The notes beneath the pieces were generated by a model. It saw nothing but the letters and a program-made list of their open reading frames with translations. It did not search any database and was not told the DNA's origin. 64,000 nt of DNA, from positions 26,350,001 to 26,414,000 of the forward strand of contig OX597820.1 in the NCBI GenBank assembly GCA_951406725.2. Direction: 5' to 3'. The number at the start of each line of letters is the position of its first letter. Position 1 is the first letter of the stretch. Of the stretch, positions 63,476-64,000 are shown piece after piece. The translations under genes were made by a program, and so were the position numbers. Source of the DNA: Octopus vulgaris. Lineage: Eukaryota.

Positions 63476-64000
63476 AAAACTACATGCACATGTATATATG
63501 TGTGTGTGTATATAAAATGCACATTAGGTAAGGAAAAAAATATTTGTGTGTGTGTGTTGGAAACAGCTTTTCTTTTATGCGTATCTTTGAATTTATTGAG
63601 CGGTTGTCTTGCTTTTATTTCTTTTATATTTTTTTGAACTAAAGATACTATTTACATATTCAACTGTCTGTGTAATTTCTCTCACCCACTCTTTCTGCCC
63701 ACATCTTCTCTTTCTCTTTGTATGTCTGTATATCTATCTATCTATCTATCTGTGTGTGTGTGTGTGTTATAGTTTATCCTCCTCTCTTTAGTTTGTCTTT
63801 TTTTCTGCCATTCGGTCTCTCTACCTTTTGTAAGTCTTTCTCTGTTCACTTCCTCTGTATGTTTAGTTACTGAAGACACACACAAACACTAACACACATA
63901 GGTTACCATTCACTCCAGAACTATTTACATAAAACCCAATTATCGAGTGTCACAAAGATCATTTATTTGAAAAAAAGAAAAAAAAAAAAAAAAAACAACA

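Overview
AT-rich eukaryotic genomic DNA, about half microsatellites and interspersed repeats. The tRNA-headed SINEs, RTE LINE pieces and Tc1/mariner remnants look like those of an octopus (cephalopod) genome; this is my recognition, not a database result. Nearly all ORFs in the supplied track are translations of microsatellites or SINEs. The one clearly intact coding stretch is an RTE LINE endonuclease ORF running off the left edge (minus strand, 928 to <1). Reading between the repeats, I found three chains of short exons with canonical splice sites and consistent phases that translate to PH-domain-like peptides (5.6-5.9 kb +, 32.8-33.4 kb +, 38.3-39.8 kb -). Each chain contains in-frame TAG codons, two of them where a PH domain normally has Trp. 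They are either decayed duplicates or genes that need A-to-I editing (UAG to UIG = Trp); this cannot be decided from DNA alone. Other notable items are a perfect estrogen-response-element palindrome nested in a larger hairpin (54.8 kb), a SINE that appears to target a GTAT site present inside itself, several long foldbacks, a templated insertion, and alternating CpG-rich and CpG-poor domains. No rRNA, functional tRNA or CRISPR array was found. Only representative SINE copies are listed, and repeat boundaries are approximate.
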